Below, piece by piece: positions 23,790-37,904 of a DNA stretch of 64,000 nucleotides. Every line of letters starts with the position of its first letter. The stretch's first letter is position 1. The DNA is from Octopus vulgaris (Eukaryota), in the NCBI GenBank assembly GCA_951406725.2, contig OX597831.1, positions 6,634,001-6,698,000 of the forward strand, written 5' to 3'. The notes beneath the pieces were generated by a model that was given only the letters and a program-made list of their open reading frames with translations, was not told the origin of the DNA and did no database searches. The position numbers and the translations under genes are program-made.

Positions 23790-25274
23790 ATAGTTTGGAA
23801 TAATTACATGTTCCATAGTTTTCCCATTTCATAATGCACCGTTCTTTTATTATTGTCACCATTAAATCCAACTTACTCAGACTGCTTCGGAATTTAAACT
23901 ACTCATATAAGTTGCGACTGTATTTAAAACTTCGATGCTTCTCTGATTCAAAATGTTGTATGTGGTTGTCAAACCAAGCCGTATTAAGTGAAATGAAAGA
24001 TATAAATATCATAAGCAATTTAGAAATGCCATTATCAGTTTTTTTTTTATTTCAGTAATCATAATTTTCAAATTTTTTCAATCAATTTCATTTGCTTTTA
24101 CATCCTTTTTCTTTGTGTCAACCTCTAGATGTAAAATTGCAAATAATTAACACTAATTAAAAATAAATAAAAATCCTCATTATTAGTTTTAATATCTGCT
24201 TTCCGTTTTCCATTCTGGCATCAGTTGGATAGACTAACAAAGCACCTACCTCAACCTCAACATTTGTAGCCCTTGTGTGGACCCTTTGCTGACTATCAAC
24301 ACATTTGGAGTTATTTTCAATGATATTATTATTATTATTATTTTACCTGGGGATTCTGCTTGTAGGTTTTATAACCTTGTGCCATCCCTGTTACCAGTTA
24401 CTATAGCAGTACAAGAATTAGAAGAAAGTACAGAATTCTTGCATAGGCTCAAGGCTACAAGACGGGGGTCGGGGGGTGAATATATAAACCCAAATACTAT
24501 TTTATTGTACCAGGAAGGATGAAAGACAAAGTCAGCCTTAGTAGGAACTGAACTCAGGACATAAAGGACTAGGAATAAATACCACAAGGCACTTTGTTTG
24601 ATGCCTTATTGTTTCAACCAGTCCCCAAATATTAACAGTAAGAATTGATTAACAAATCTTGCTAGGATATGACAACAAACCAAAAATAAATAATAAGATT
24701 TCATAAGGTAGGAAGCTACATGGTCTACTGAAAAAGGTGGAGTGCTTTCATGGCGAAGATTTCTATGATGATATATTTCCAAAGACAATCCAACATTTCC
24801 AGCCTTTCAGAGAAAATAAACAGCAACAGAATTAAGACAATATTTGATATTGTCATCACTGTATGACATGCTTCGTTCATTGAGTGGTAACCTGATAGAG
24901 ATGACCCAATAACACCACCACCACCACCATTTGATCGGCATTGTTACTATGACCACTTCAGCTCTGTTGGGAGAATGCTGTCCAAGAATTCAAATCTTCT
25001 TAGATGCGGTTCTTCCTTTGGAGACAGTTGGAAGATATTTGAGCTACAACGTTGGTCACAAAATTCAGGAGAGCGTTAAGATGTACATCTTTGAATTCGA
25101 TAGTTATAGACCTAAACACATCTAAACTAAATACTTTTATCATGGGAACATTGCTTGTTGCCTTTCAAATATCAAAAACTCTTTGAAATAGTCAATGATG
25201 GGCATAAGCCAAATATTTCTACAAGACTTATAATAGCATCACTTTGAACAAAATTTTAAAAAGTCATTCCACAA

Positions 25275-25852
25275 TCATCATCATATAACGTCTGCTTTCC
25301 ATACTAGCATGGATTGGACGATTTGACTGAGGGCTGGCGAACCAGATTGCTACACCAGACTTCAATCTTGATCTGGCAGAGTTTCTACAGCTGGATGCCC
25401 TTCCTAACGCCAACCACCCCGAGAGTGTAGTGGGTGCTTTTACATGCCACCAGCACAGGGCCAGTCAGGCGGCACTGGCAATGACCTCGCTCGAATCTTT
25501 TTACACATGCCACCAGCACAGGTGCCAGTAAGGCGACATTGGTAATGATCATGCTCGAATGGTGCCCTTTTATGTGCCACTGGCAAAGAAGCCAGTTGGC
25601 TGCTCTAGCAACAATCACGCTTGGATGGTGCTCTTGGCACCCTACTAGCACGGGCACAAGTGACAGTAAGACGACGCTGGTAACGATCACACTCGAATGG
25701 TGCCTTTTAAGTGCCACTGGCACGGAAGCCAGTTAGCCACTCTGTCAATGATCAAACTTGTATGGTGCTCTGTGCACCCCGCTAGCACGGACGCCAGTCA
25801 TCAAATATGATTTTTGATTTCACTTGCCTCAACAGGTCTTCGCAAGCAGAGT
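25275..25852 (-). mobile_element. Family E long copy
   Basis: Collinear with the reverse complement of about 38390-38970. Confidence 0.9.
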
Positions 25853-26439
25853 TTTAATTTTATTGGTTGACTCTTTATCTTTCAAGAGTTGACTTATCTC
25901 TGAATTTAGCTTTTGAAGTCAACATCCATGAGAGTGCAAATAAATAGATAAATAAAAATCTAGCAGCAGGCAAAACATCCTGGAAAAAATTTTTTAAATA
26001 ATAAAAATAATAAAAAGAGAGATAGACATGTTCCTTGTGTGTTTAAATTGACAGAAAACTAGAGCTGAGCAACAAATTTGTGAAAAGAAACTGTCAGAAC
26101 GTTTCAACAGGAAAACTTTGCATGTCAACCACTAAACACAAGATGTCAGGAAAAGGCACAGAATGGAATTTTATTTCATTTTCAAACTTTAGAAACAACA
26201 AAATTAATTACCTGCAAAATATATATTCGGGGACAAAGAAGTAAACACCAAAGCAGTGTTTACAGACTTTTTATTTCACTTTATTTCTTTTGCTAATTAC
26301 CTTGAGAAAGCCATGAACATCACAACCTCTTGTTTATAACAATTAAAATACTTTACAAGCAATTCTTAAACACAGAAATAATTTACTGAATAATAAGCAA
26401 AGTGAAAACTAGTTTCTCTTGGTTAAGTACAAAGGCTTT

Positions 26440-26825
26440 ATATTTTGAGGGAGAAACATTCTTGGAATTCCATTTCTTGGGGAAAGCAAGCAGCTGCCTT
26501 GTTGCATTCCCTTGGATTTCCACAACATCTTCAATCTCGTTCCTTTCAAATGGGATTTGATTTTTGGCTTGGTTTCAGGGTCTTAACCAATTTGTCACCT
26601 GTTATGACCATTTTCTAAACAGTTTTGTTTTCCTTGATACAAAGAAGATCTTCTTGAGACAACCACACTCTACACACTTTACTTCCAAGCTAAGCATTGC
26701 TACAAACAACAGAAGTGAATGAGAACATTATAACTAAGTCTGTCTTACACAGAGGCATCAAGGTCAATCTGTGCCAAATGGATTCACTCTGCAATGGTCC
26801 TGATACTTTTTGATCAGACCTCATG
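26440..26825 (-). mobile_element. Internally deleted Tc1/mariner remnant
   Basis: Mariner-like TIR GAGGTCTGATCAAAAAGTATC. Frameshifted VITGD..DPETK and PKIKSHLKGTR/EDVVEIQGNATRQLLAFPK/EFQECF. Confidence 0.75.
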
Positions 26826-27281
26826 TGCATATTTGTGTATTTGTACTTCTGTGTCTTGACAATGTGCAATAGCTGTAAACAAGAATCACCATCATACAGG
26901 CAGTGTCATATGTTTCCAATCTTCCATGAAAACATGTCCAGCCATGGGGAAATATTACCATCTTGGTTGGCAACAGGCGAGGGTTGGCAACAGGCGAGGG
27001 TTGGCAACAGGAAGGGTATCTGGACATAGAAAACCTGCTTCAATAAATTCGTCTAACCCATGCAAGCATGGAAAAGTGGACATTACAATGATGATGATGA
27101 TGATGGTGGTGGGTTGAAGTTTGATAGGAGCTGCCAAGCCAAAGAGCTGCATCAAGCTCTGTGTGATATAAAGATGATGCAAAAAGAGTTTACCAAGACT
27201 GGATTAACAGCTACAATGGATGCTTTGACAAATAATTTTAGTGTGGGATGGTTCAAGAGAATAGTGAACACACTCCAGTTT

Positions 27282-27612
27282 ATCATCATCATCATCATTT
27301 AACGTCCGCTTTCCATGCTAGCATGGGTTGGACGATTTGACTGAGGTCTGGCCAACCAAACTCCAATCTGATCTGGCAGAGTTTCTACAGCTGGATGCCC
27401 TTCCTAATGCCAACCACTCCGAGAGTGTAGTGGGTGCTTTTACGTGCCACCGGCATGGGGGCCAGTTTGGTGGTTCTGGCAATGGCCATGCTCAAATGAT
27501 GCTTTTCATGTGCCACCTGCACAGGAGCCAGTCTAGCGGCACTGGCGACGACCTCACTCAAATGTTTCACGTGCCACCAGCACAAGTGCTAGTAAGGCGA
27601 CACGATAATGAT
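27282..27612 (-). mobile_element. Family E copy
   Basis: (CAT)n plus the family 3' end. Confidence 0.87.
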
Positions 27613-30283
27613 CAAGAAAAAAGTAAAAGTTGTTGCAATTTGGTACCTGTAATTAAAGGCATTCCAGCAGTGACCATCATGTCTTTTTTTGTTAAAAATG
27701 GTAGGATGTGATTTTAGGTATATTTCACTGCTATTTCCAGCAGGTTGAGCAACAATGTTGAGTAATGAAGACAAACCATTTTAGTCTGGTTGAAATTTAC
27801 TTTAGATTTAGGTAAATATTTAGATCTAAGTTTTTTCATGATATTGCTGAGATTTTTTCCAAAATTCATGTGTCACCTAAATCTCTGTTAGGATGTCACA
27901 TAACCCATAAGTGGCCATCTCTAAAGAAGAGGCTACATTTGGGTGATGCAATAGTGGTACAAAAAAGAAAAAGGTTTTTTTTTCAACAAGCATCCACCAT
28001 ATTTTAGTCATCCAAGAATGGCCTTGAAACTGGCCCAGTCATCTTCATAGAGAGTCACTTCCACAAGATCTGACAGTCACTTCCACAAGTTATTCCAATG
28101 TCTGCAGTTGTCCAATAATCTACTCTGACATAATGTTGGGTGTTATTTATGTTTTCGCTTGTTTCCACAACCTTAGACTCGCATTGCTGCATAACAGAGT
28201 CCAAATCTCTTCATAACAATTTAGTCTTAAGCATTTTTCTCTCTTGTTTATTATAAACTGTATAATCACTAAAATAAACCAGGCTCATTGAAACCACACA
28301 AACAAAAGAACACAACCTGCTGCTGCTACTGCTGCTGCTACTGCTGAGATAAAACAAATGATTTCATTTCATTCATGAGAAAAAAGTTATTTTTGTCTGA
28401 AATTTTTGTCAGCTAAGCTGAGATACGGATCTTCTCTTGTTATACTGTCACCTTAAATCTAGTCACTGGAACATCAGGTCTTTACAAAGAAGAAGGAGGA
28501 CTTTAAAACAAAAGATTCAGAAACAAAGAAACAAACAAGACACAAACAAGTTCTAATTTTTTTTTTCCTTCAAGGTTGTCTACAAAATGTTTTTTTTTTC
28601 CTTTTTACAAATAAGACACACATTTCGCAAATAAACAAATCAGTTCCCATTCTCCAACTGAAAATCATAATGCATGGAGTCGTGTTACTAATTACTCAGA
28701 ATACTCTTAATTGTTATTCCCTGGGTCCATCATTTTAACCACTCAACTATCAGCTATTTATTTATTTTACTTGGTGGGTTTGAAGGAAGGGACAACACCT
28801 TAGACTCTTGTCAAAGACCAATGAGAGTGAAGCTATTCAGTTTGTATTCTATTGTCTACAATAGTCCAAAGTAAACAAAATTGTTTACAAAGACATATTC
28901 CATTCAAATAAACCAATATTTGCTTAATTCACAAATCATACAGAAATTTCCATTAAAGTATTAAAAAGAATCATTTTCTGATGAAATCTTCACCATTCTG
29001 ACCCCATCTGGCCCCAGATTGGCCAATAGTTTCATCTTTCTTTACAGAAGATGCAGGCATGGCTGTCTGATTAAGAAGACTGTTTCTCAACGATGGGGTC
29101 TTGAGTTCAAGCCTACTGCATGGCACTTTGGGGAAGTGACTTTTACTATAGCCAGAGCCCAACCAATGCCTTGGGAGTGGATCTGGTAGAGAGAAACTGA
29201 AAGAACCCCATCATCATCATCATTAAATGTCTGCATGGGCTGGATATTTTAAACAGGATCCAAAAGGTCAAGCACTGTGTTCTGATGTCTGCAAAAGGCA
29301 TGATTTCTACAGTTAGCCATTCTAATGCCGACCACGATACAGCTTAGGTTTTTTGAGGTTACCCATGCAGCTCGCAGAACTACAAACCAGTGGGGCGGGG
29401 GGAGGCTTCATGCAAGTGGGTGAGGGAATTGAACCGTGAGAAGTGGGGGGGAGCATAGGTTCTTGCAGAGGATCTGCATGGCTACTTGTATTGTGAAGAT
29501 GAAGGGGAGAGAAAGGAAAATGAACAAGGGGAGCTGCAAGAGCAATGAGGAGCCTAAGTGGCCCCTACAAGGCCCAAGGTGTGTTGAAGAATCAGTTTGT
29601 AAGAGTGTATAGGAAGGAGAATGAGGGGAAAGAGAGGCAGACTGCCAGAAGGGGTTAGGGTTGAAGAGTGGATGTGCAAAGAGCCATGAGTTGGGGAAGA
29701 TAGGGGGACGTAGAAGTGGGGGGGGGGCCTGAGCAACAGGCATAGTAAAGATGATACAGTTGTTGGTGCAGGGAGCACACCCCATCTTCCTTCTCATAGT
29801 TCAATCCTCCTTGTCCCCTAGCATGCAGTTGATCACCATCTCCAGGGTTTGTAGTCCAGCAAGCTGCATGACAACCTCAATAGAGCTGGTGATACAAAAA
29901 AAGCACCCAGCCCACACTGTAAAATGGATGGCATAAGAAAGGGCATCCAGCCATAGAAACAATGCCAAAACAGACATCGGTGCACAATGTAGTTCTCTAA
30001 TACATCAGATCCTGTTAAAACTGTCCAACCCATGCCAGCATGAAAAACGGCCGTTAAATGATGAGGGTTAGACAAATCTATAGCCACGGCAGTTCCACTC
30101 TACAACTGTAAAACTTCTAGCTCAGACAAATTTACAGAATGTTCAAACAATTTGTAGCATGGACCCCACCACTGGCACTTGAGCTTGGGCTATTTTATAC
30201 TTGGAATGGTTCCATTCTAAGATGTGGCTGAGCACCAAGAACCGAAATCCAAACAGAACAATAGATGGAATGTTTCACAACTA

Positions 30284-30690
30284 TACTCTTTACTCTTTTA
30301 CTTGTTTCAGTCATTTGACTGCGGCCATGCTGGAGCACCGCCTTTAGTCGAGCAACTCGACCCCGGCACTTATTCTTTGTAAGCCCAGTACTTATTCTAT
30401 CGGTCTCTTTTGCCAAACCACTAAGTGACGGGCACATAAACACGCCAGCATCGGTTGTCAAGCAATGCTAGGGGGACAAACACAGACACACAAACATACA
30501 CGCACACATATATATATACATATATACGACGGGCTTCTTTCAGTTTCCGTCTACCAAATCCACTCACAAGGCTTTGGTCGACCCGAGGCTATAGCAGAAG
30601 ACACTTGCCCAAGGTGCCACGCAGTGAGACTGAACCCGGAACCATGTGGTTGGTAAACAAGCTACTTACCACACAGCCACTCCTGCGCCT
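30284..30690 (-). mobile_element. SINE family D, full copy
   Basis: Reverse complement of the 12382 copy. Confidence 0.92.
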
Positions 30691-30894
30691 ATATATATAA
30701 AAAAATACAAAATGGGACAAGAACGCAAAACATCAAGAAGACAATACAAAAAACACGGACGGGTCATTCGAAGCCTTTAATCTTCAGTCAAGAACCGGAT
30801 CATCCTCGCAATTTCGGTTGATTAATCTTGAGATTTCGCAACTATAAATACTTTCTTATGATGCTAACTTTGGTAATGTGGACATATCTTAGGG

Positions 30895-31333
30895 GGATCT
30901 TTTCTGTTTGAACAGCAGTTTTTTCTAGCAGTGTCATATGAAATTGTCATCCATAATTATGACCCTAGTATCGATCTATTGCATTTCAATCTGTTTTAGG
31001 GTTAGGGTTTGAATTAGGGTTAGTTAGGGTTAGAGGTGGGGGGAAGGGTATCTTTTTTTCTTCAGAAATGTAAATAAACCCAATCTGTTTCTTAAACGAG
31101 GGACATATTCATGCGGCACAGAATGTTTTCACCTCAATAGATGTCATTGATTGGTTGAAATTGCAGAAATTGAAGAAAAAAAACAACAAATATCTTACAA
31201 ACTATAGAATTTTCTCAATAAAGCTAAGAGAAAAAGATGTTTTATAAACACAATCTACCAGTATACAAAGTTTAAAAGTGTTTAGTTATGTGGAAATTAT
31301 TTTAAAAAACTGCCGGTCAAACCAAAAAGATCC
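30895..31333 (-). mobile_element. MITE family A, long form with TTAGGG tract
   Basis: TIRs present; TSD TCTTAGGG / TCTTAGTG (7/8). Confidence 0.94.
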
Positions 31334-31889
31334 TCTTAGTGAAGTATCTTAGCCATAGAGTAATTACTATAATCCAAGTGATGACACACTGCAGCATCCG
31401 GTAATTGAATCACCAGCAATGCTGTTCATGATTAAACATAAAATGAACTCAACTGGTTACATCTCTCATAATGGAAAAAAAAAGGGTCGTCAGGCCATTA
31501 GCCAACTTAAACAAACTGGATTATATCAAAGTACACACCATATTGTTCACCATAGAGGTTATTTGGCTATTTCAAGTCGCCCATTTACATAATAGACATT
31601 TTCCTCTTAACCTTTTAATATCAGGATAGCTTACACAATTTTTGCAATTTGGTACAGTTCCTCATTTTCTTCCTGTAAAAGTAGAGGCTTTATAGGAAGG
31701 TTTCCTGACTCAAGGCTGGTGAACAATGACATTCAGTTGTTCGTTTTTATTTTCTTTTTTTGTTATTTACACACTTGTTTGGAAAATTCTATTCACACTC
31801 TTCAAAAAGTTTTAATATCCATGGCTTGGACTCTCTAATTTCCTCTCTTTAACAGTCCACCATTATCACACACACACACACACGCATAT

Positions 31890-32120
31890 ATCATTTCATT
31901 TCATCCAGTTTCAGTTCACAAACTGTGGCCATGCTGGGGCACCGCCATTCTTTTTTTGTACAACTGGGGTCGCCACCAGCCCCTGCCGGAGCCTCATGGA
32001 GCTTTTTTTTAAGTGTTTTCGCTCAATAAACACACACAAGGCCCAGTCGGGGAATCAAAACCACGATCATCTGACCGCGAGTCCATTGCCCTAACCACTG
32101 GGCCACTGCGCCTCCACATA
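31890..32120 (-). mobile_element. SINE with family F-type tRNA head
   Basis: Minus strand GGAGGCGCAGTGGCCCAGTGGTTAGGGC...GATTCCCCGAC...GAGCGAAAACAC. Confidence 0.75.
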
Positions 32121-32320
32121 TGATCAAGAAAAGAAAATGTTTTAGGTTTCTTGAAAGCAATTTGATATATAAAAAACACGGTGCATCTCATTCCACAACT
32201 CAGAAACCCTAAAGACGAAATCCAGGAAGAAATGAAGAGGAAAGAGGTTATCTGAACCAAAAATGACGAGTAGTCGGGTGACTAGAGAAGGCGGGTAGAC
32301 CATTCAATCTTGTAAAAAAA

Positions 32321-32352
<32 letters not shown>

Positions 32353-32389
32353 ATTAGGAAAGGAAACAAATATTGAGAGGAGAGAGCAG

Positions 32390-32808
32390 GGATCTTTTCG
32401 GTTTAAACGGCAGTTTTTTCTAGCAGTGTCATATGAAATTGTCACCCATAATTATGACCCTAGTATCGATCTATTGCATTTCAATCTGTTTTAGGGTTAG
32501 GGTTAGGGTTAGGGGGGGGGGTATCTTTTTTTTCTTCACAAATGTAAATAAACCCAATCTGTTTTTAAACGAGGGACATATTCATACGGCACAGAATGTG
32601 TTCGCCTCAATAGAAGTCATTGATTGGTTGAAATTGCAGAAATTGAAGAAAAAAAAAACAACAAATATCTTACAAACTATAGAATTTTCTCAATAAAGCC
32701 AAGAGGAAAAGATGTTTTATAAACACATTCTACCAGTATACGAAGTTTAAAAGTGTTTAGTTACAAAGAAATTATTTTTAAAAACTGCCGTTCAAACCGA
32801 AAAGATCG
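32390..32808 (-). mobile_element. MITE family A, long form with (TTAGGG)4
   Basis: TIRs present; perfect 8-bp TSD GAGAGCAG at 32382-32389 and 32809-32816. Confidence 0.95.
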
Positions 32809-33134
32809 GAGAGCAGAGGTGGCTGGAATTGTAGTGTATAAAGCTCGGGGGGGGGGGGGGAATGAGAAAGCGGAAACATCAATTCTGATTGAATTGGGAA
32901 AAAACATTGATATCAGAATGAGTTCAGGTTTTAACACACACACAACACACACACACACACACACAAACATACACACACATACACACACACACTGTTCTGT
33001 TCTGTACATAAACGAAGTTGTCATCATTAACTTTAAATTCAGGCGTTTCATTTTGAAATTCTCATCATAATTGTTAACTGAGGCCCTTTAAAGCAGTCAA
33101 AATACTTTCCAAAGAGTCCAGATTCATACGAATT

Positions 33135-34880
33135 AGCTAGCAAACACATATAAGAAATCAACGGGAGAACCTTTACATGCTCGCTAGAGATTCTAGAAAT
33201 AACAGTCAAAACGACTTCAAATCGCACCTTAGCGTTTTATTTAACAAAAGAACACATATTATAGAGTCCTTCTATACCTCTGGAACAGACGGATGGTAAC
33301 AAATAGAATGTCTTTGACTGACCAATGCTCGATCGACGAGGGCGGGGATATAAGGTACCAAAAAAATCACTACCACCACCATCTGAGTTCGGAAACTTTG
33401 AAAATTCAAAGAACATTATAAACAAACGTGTTTATGATATTAAAAGTGAAATTTCAAACTGATAAAAAAAAATATGAGCATGCAGACACAACTAGAAGTG
33501 TGTGTGTGTGTGTGGTGTGTGTGGTGTGTGTGAGTGGCGTGTGTGTGTGGTGTGGTGTGTGTGTGTGTGTGGTGTGTGTGTGTGTGTGTGGTGTGTGTGT
33601 GTTAGAATTCGACATTTACGTGGTTTCACAGTTTGTGAAGAACACAAGATGTGAAACCTTAGTTGCAAAGCGGGTAACCTCTATGCAGTCACTTGACCTG
33701 CTAGAAATAGCTGCCAACTGCCCTCAAATCGCATATCTTACCGTCTGAAAGCAAGAACACGCTGCACAATGAAGACCTAGAACACAAAAACAGGGTGGTC
33801 ACGGTTGGGTCATAGATCTGTTCCATCAGAAACTGACCTGTGGCTAAACAATGACAGTAACAACAATATACACACACACACACACACATATGTATGTAAG
33901 CAAACGAGGGACCCTCAACGCAGTCACTCGACTTGCTAGAAATAGCAGCCAAATTCCTTCAAATTACATACTACCGTCTTAAAAAAATGAAGGACACATT
34001 GGACACTGTAGTTCCAGATATATAAAGAGATGGAATGGTCACGGCTGGAATACGTTTGACAATAGGCCTGCTCGATCATTGATTTGGGGTTAAACAACAT
34101 TACTAATAACAGTCAATATATAACTCCTCGAACGAGGAACCCTCTACATAGTAGCTCAGCCTGCTAGAAATAGCAACCAAATTTCTTTAACATAGCCTCC
34201 CATCGTTAAAAAGAACTAATTGGATAATGTAGTCCGAGGTAGACTACTCCATAAGTCTACTCCACCAGGATCGATTTAGGACTCAACAATTACAATAATA
34301 TAAAGGATATCTCTGTGGATCGTTCGCATTGCCAGGAATGGCAGCCAAATTCTTGTAGTTTGTGGGGAGAAAAGGGCAGTGGGGCACTGGGTTGTGGGCC
34401 CTAATATATAAGACGGATGGTCACCGATGGAACGCTTTTGATCACGTCTGCCTTTACAGGGCTGATCTCGAGTAAAACAAAAATAAATACACGAGAGAAA
34501 GAGCAAATTAGAGTTTTAAAAAGAGAGATTTCTCTGCTCTGTTGATTAATCGTTTTATGGGATTTACTGATTAGACAGGTTTACTTAATGAAAACAGGTA
34601 AATCAAACAATGTCGAAATATAAAAACTCGTTTATACAGAAATATTAAATGCTTCCTGGTGGTTGGGAAAACTCACTGGTTTGCAGAGGAGCCAACTACG
34701 TGGCCACACAAACTGCTAAAAATGGCAGCCAAATTTCCTTCAAATCACCCCCACTCCGTTGTCTTAATGACACGTTGTTTAACGTGGTCTGCGATACTTT
34801 GCAAATGGGAGAGTCACGGGTGGATTGTTTCTGATCATATGTTTACTTGATCAGGACTGACTTAGAGCTAAAGAAACACT
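33135..34880 (+). repeat. Cluster of about six same-orientation copies of old repeat family G
   Basis: Recurrent GCTAGAAATAGCAGCCAAAT...ACCGTCT...GGTCACGG...CTGACCTG..GCTAAACAA near 33190, 33700, 33935, 34163, 34335 and 34715. Confidence 0.75.
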
Positions 34881-35778
34881 AATATGGAGATTAAATAAGA
34901 ACTTGTAGCAAAAGGGTGAAGGAAGGAATTCAAAGATCGTTGTGGTTTGTGGTGACTTGGATATTGTGGGAGAAAAGGAGAGGGTTTGTAAACGAGGGAA
35001 CCGACATGTGAAAACAGACAAAAAGACGAATAAAAGAAATCTATTGATATTAAGAGTGTAAAAAGTCTTCTTTCTTTACTTTCCTTTTTACACTTTTCTT
35101 TTTTCTTTGCTTCCTTGCTTCTGAGAAAGACTGATCAATATTTTGGTTGGATGAGAAATACGTGTATTTAAGACAGAAAAGATAGAATAACGTGTTATAT
35201 GGGGCAATGGTGTGGATTTTGCCACATCGACACTGGTCTCTGAAATGACCAATGGTTTAATTAAAGTTTAAAACCTATAAAAAGAAAAACTATGAAAGAA
35301 AACAACGTGAAACCGGGTTATATGAGAGTGTGACAGTATATAAAATATGATCGAGGAATTTACAGATGTATTCGTTGTACGACAGGAACAGAGAGAGAGA
35401 GAAAGAAAAAAGCTGTGTGGGTTAGAATCCTAGCAGAGCCCGGTCGAAATGTCATTAGGTCTTTGCCAAAGGAAAACATTAAACAAAATAAGTAGATAAA
35501 GAGAATGTTTCCATGCAACCTGGGGCAAAGTATTGAATGGCCTGACATAGATATATAAACACGGTGAAATATAAGAGAGAAAGAGGAAGGGAGGAAACGC
35601 ACGTTGTCGGGTTAAAAAGATTTTACAGCAGAGAAGGTTTTGTTTAACGAAAACAAAATCAGTTCAACTAGAAAAGATGAGGAGGAGAGAGAGAGAGAGA
35701 GAGAGAGAAGAAAAAAAGGAGACAAATATAAGAGAATAATGATTAACGGAGAAATAGCTTTTGATCAATGAATAAAGA

Positions 35779-35843
<65 letters not shown>

Positions 35844-35897
35844 TACATACATTACATACATACATACATACATACATTCATACATACATACATACAT

Positions 35898-35981
<84 letters not shown>

Positions 35982-36000
35982 GCATATATGCATATATGCA
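35779..36000. repeat. Compound (AT)n/(ACAT)n/(AC)n microsatellite
   Basis: Direct reading. Confidence 0.95.
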
Positions 36001-36064
36001 TGTGAAGATGTAACTTTGGAGCGATAGTTGAAAAGCCGAGTGAATTGTCATTTGTAAAGTGTTC

Positions 36065-36360
36065 ACTTACCATTTAATGTTGTAAACGAGTCAACATGAT
36101 GATGATTCCGATGTCAGAACAACAAGTCATGTGATGAGAGAAAAGGGTGGCGGCTTTCGTGGCCATGTGACACGGCTGGGGCGGACCAGGGCGCTGAGCA
36201 GGATTTTTCAAAAAGCGACGGTGGTGACACTAGCAATTGTCATACGCACGCATACGATTACAATTAATATTACAAGCTGACAATAGACTTGCAGCTGCTT
36301 TCACAAAGCTGTCTAGAGGCTCCCTAGCTCTGCTGCTCTGACAGTCAGCAAATAACTCCC
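36065..36360 (-). promoter_or_regulatory. Candidate promoter and first exon with strong splice donor
   Basis: GC box GGGGCGG at about 36178, E-boxes CATGTG and CAGCTG, CpG retention, and minus-strand ATG|GTAAGT at 36071/36070. Confidence 0.45.
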
Positions 36361-36859
36361 TTAACCAAAGAGATGCTTTTAAACTTTTTATTCAATTTTA
36401 TTTTTTTTACATCTGCAAAGAATGGAGGGAAAAATTATTCTGTCCCCGATATGTTTATTTTCTTGCAGCAAAATTACATTTAAAATATATTGGAGTCAAA
36501 ATTTAAAACGAAAGCATTTCAGTTTCACGAAACCCTCGACCATTGGCATGTTGAGAAGCCATACACGCTGACAGGGGTCTGCGGTTGTAAGCTCGTTTAT
36601 ACCCGGCCATCCTACCTTGCATCATCTCAGCTGTGAGGCTCTGTCGTCTCAGATATGATTGAGTGCTATATCATTTCATCGACTGTTATTTTAATATCAA
36701 CTCTTGATATACTTTTTCGTTTGCTGTGCATACCATGCGGTCGCCTACAACTCATTCCTCTTACCCTCTTTAATTGATGCTATTTCTCGATGAGTTATCT
36801 CATACAACCCAAAGTAGTGTGTGTGTGTATATGCATGTGTATCTATGTGTGTATATATA

Positions 36860-37197
36860 TACATTCGTGGCACGCTGTCAGTTACGACGACGACGGCGGT
36901 TCCAGTTGATCTGATAAACGGAACAGCCTGCTCGAGAAATTAACATGTAAATGACTGAGCACTCCACAGACACGTGTACCCTTAACGTAGCTCTCGGGGA
37001 GATTCAGCGTGACACAGTTTGTGACAAGGCTGGTCCTTTTTTGAAATATAGGTACAAGGAGAAACAGGAAGAAAGAGTGAGAGAAAGTTGTGGTGAAAGA
37101 GTACAGCAGGGTTGACCATCCACCCCCACTGCCGAAGCGTCGTGGAGCTTTAGATGTTTTCGCTCAATAAACACTCACAACACCCGGTCTGGGAATC
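36860..37197 (-). mobile_element. SINE related to family F with a different 3' body
   Basis: GATTCCCAGACCGGG...GAGCGAAAACATCTAAAGCTCC head; body shared with 48437-48745. Confidence 0.75.
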
Positions 37198-37326
37198 TTT
37201 AAGCAATTGACCATGCATTCTTTTCTTTAGCCACCTATTTTCAGTTTCATTCGCTTTCAATTTCTTGTATAGTGCTTTATCTTTGCAATCTTTCATCCTA
37301 CACAAACCTGACCTTATTACTTCTAA
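37198..37326 (-). pseudogene. Fragment of an R4/NeSL-type non-LTR ORF
   Basis: ENRWLKKRMHGQLLK resembles the W..K..HGQ motif upstream of the zinc knuckle in RLE-type LINEs. Confidence 0.5.
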
Positions 37327-37343
37327 ATTATTATTATTATTAT

Positions 37344-37904
37344 TGTTGAGTGAGAGAGCAGTGCATGCCATCAAAGTGACACTGGGGTAAAATATACGAA
37401 GCCCAGTATACCCATCATGACTACCCGTCTGATAAGGATACACTAGGCACATGCATCACAACCATATGTGCTCGACATGGTGATCTCATATCAAGATAAA
37501 CAGTGCATGACCTTGCAGGTGGGGCCCAGTTAGAATTTTCTTCTGGTCGAGTAGCCCATCCCGCTCAAAAGGTCCCTGAATAAGGATTGTTTAAGGATGT
37601 TGAACGAACCACCCATGTTTCTAAAGGTGAATTATCCAAACCTCCAAGAATTCCTTTCAACACACGGCTATGATGCTCCCCCACTACTTCTGCTCGTGAT
37701 CAGAGATGCACATATCATCAGCCACTAAGGGACATGCTCAACTGATTAAGGTCAAACAACTGACAAGCAAATCTGTGGTATTGAGCAGAATATTCGCTGT
37801 AGCCCATCTTTTATACCCAGACAAAACAATGTACATGATAACACTTCCAATCAGTTAAGATCAGGAGCCATGAGAGCCACTGTCTGGTACTGCATCAGGG
37901 CATT
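37344..37904 (-). mobile_element. About 560-bp non-coding element inserted in an (AAT)n microsatellite
   Basis: (ATT)n runs on both sides, at 37328-37343 and 37905-37923. Confidence 0.65.
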
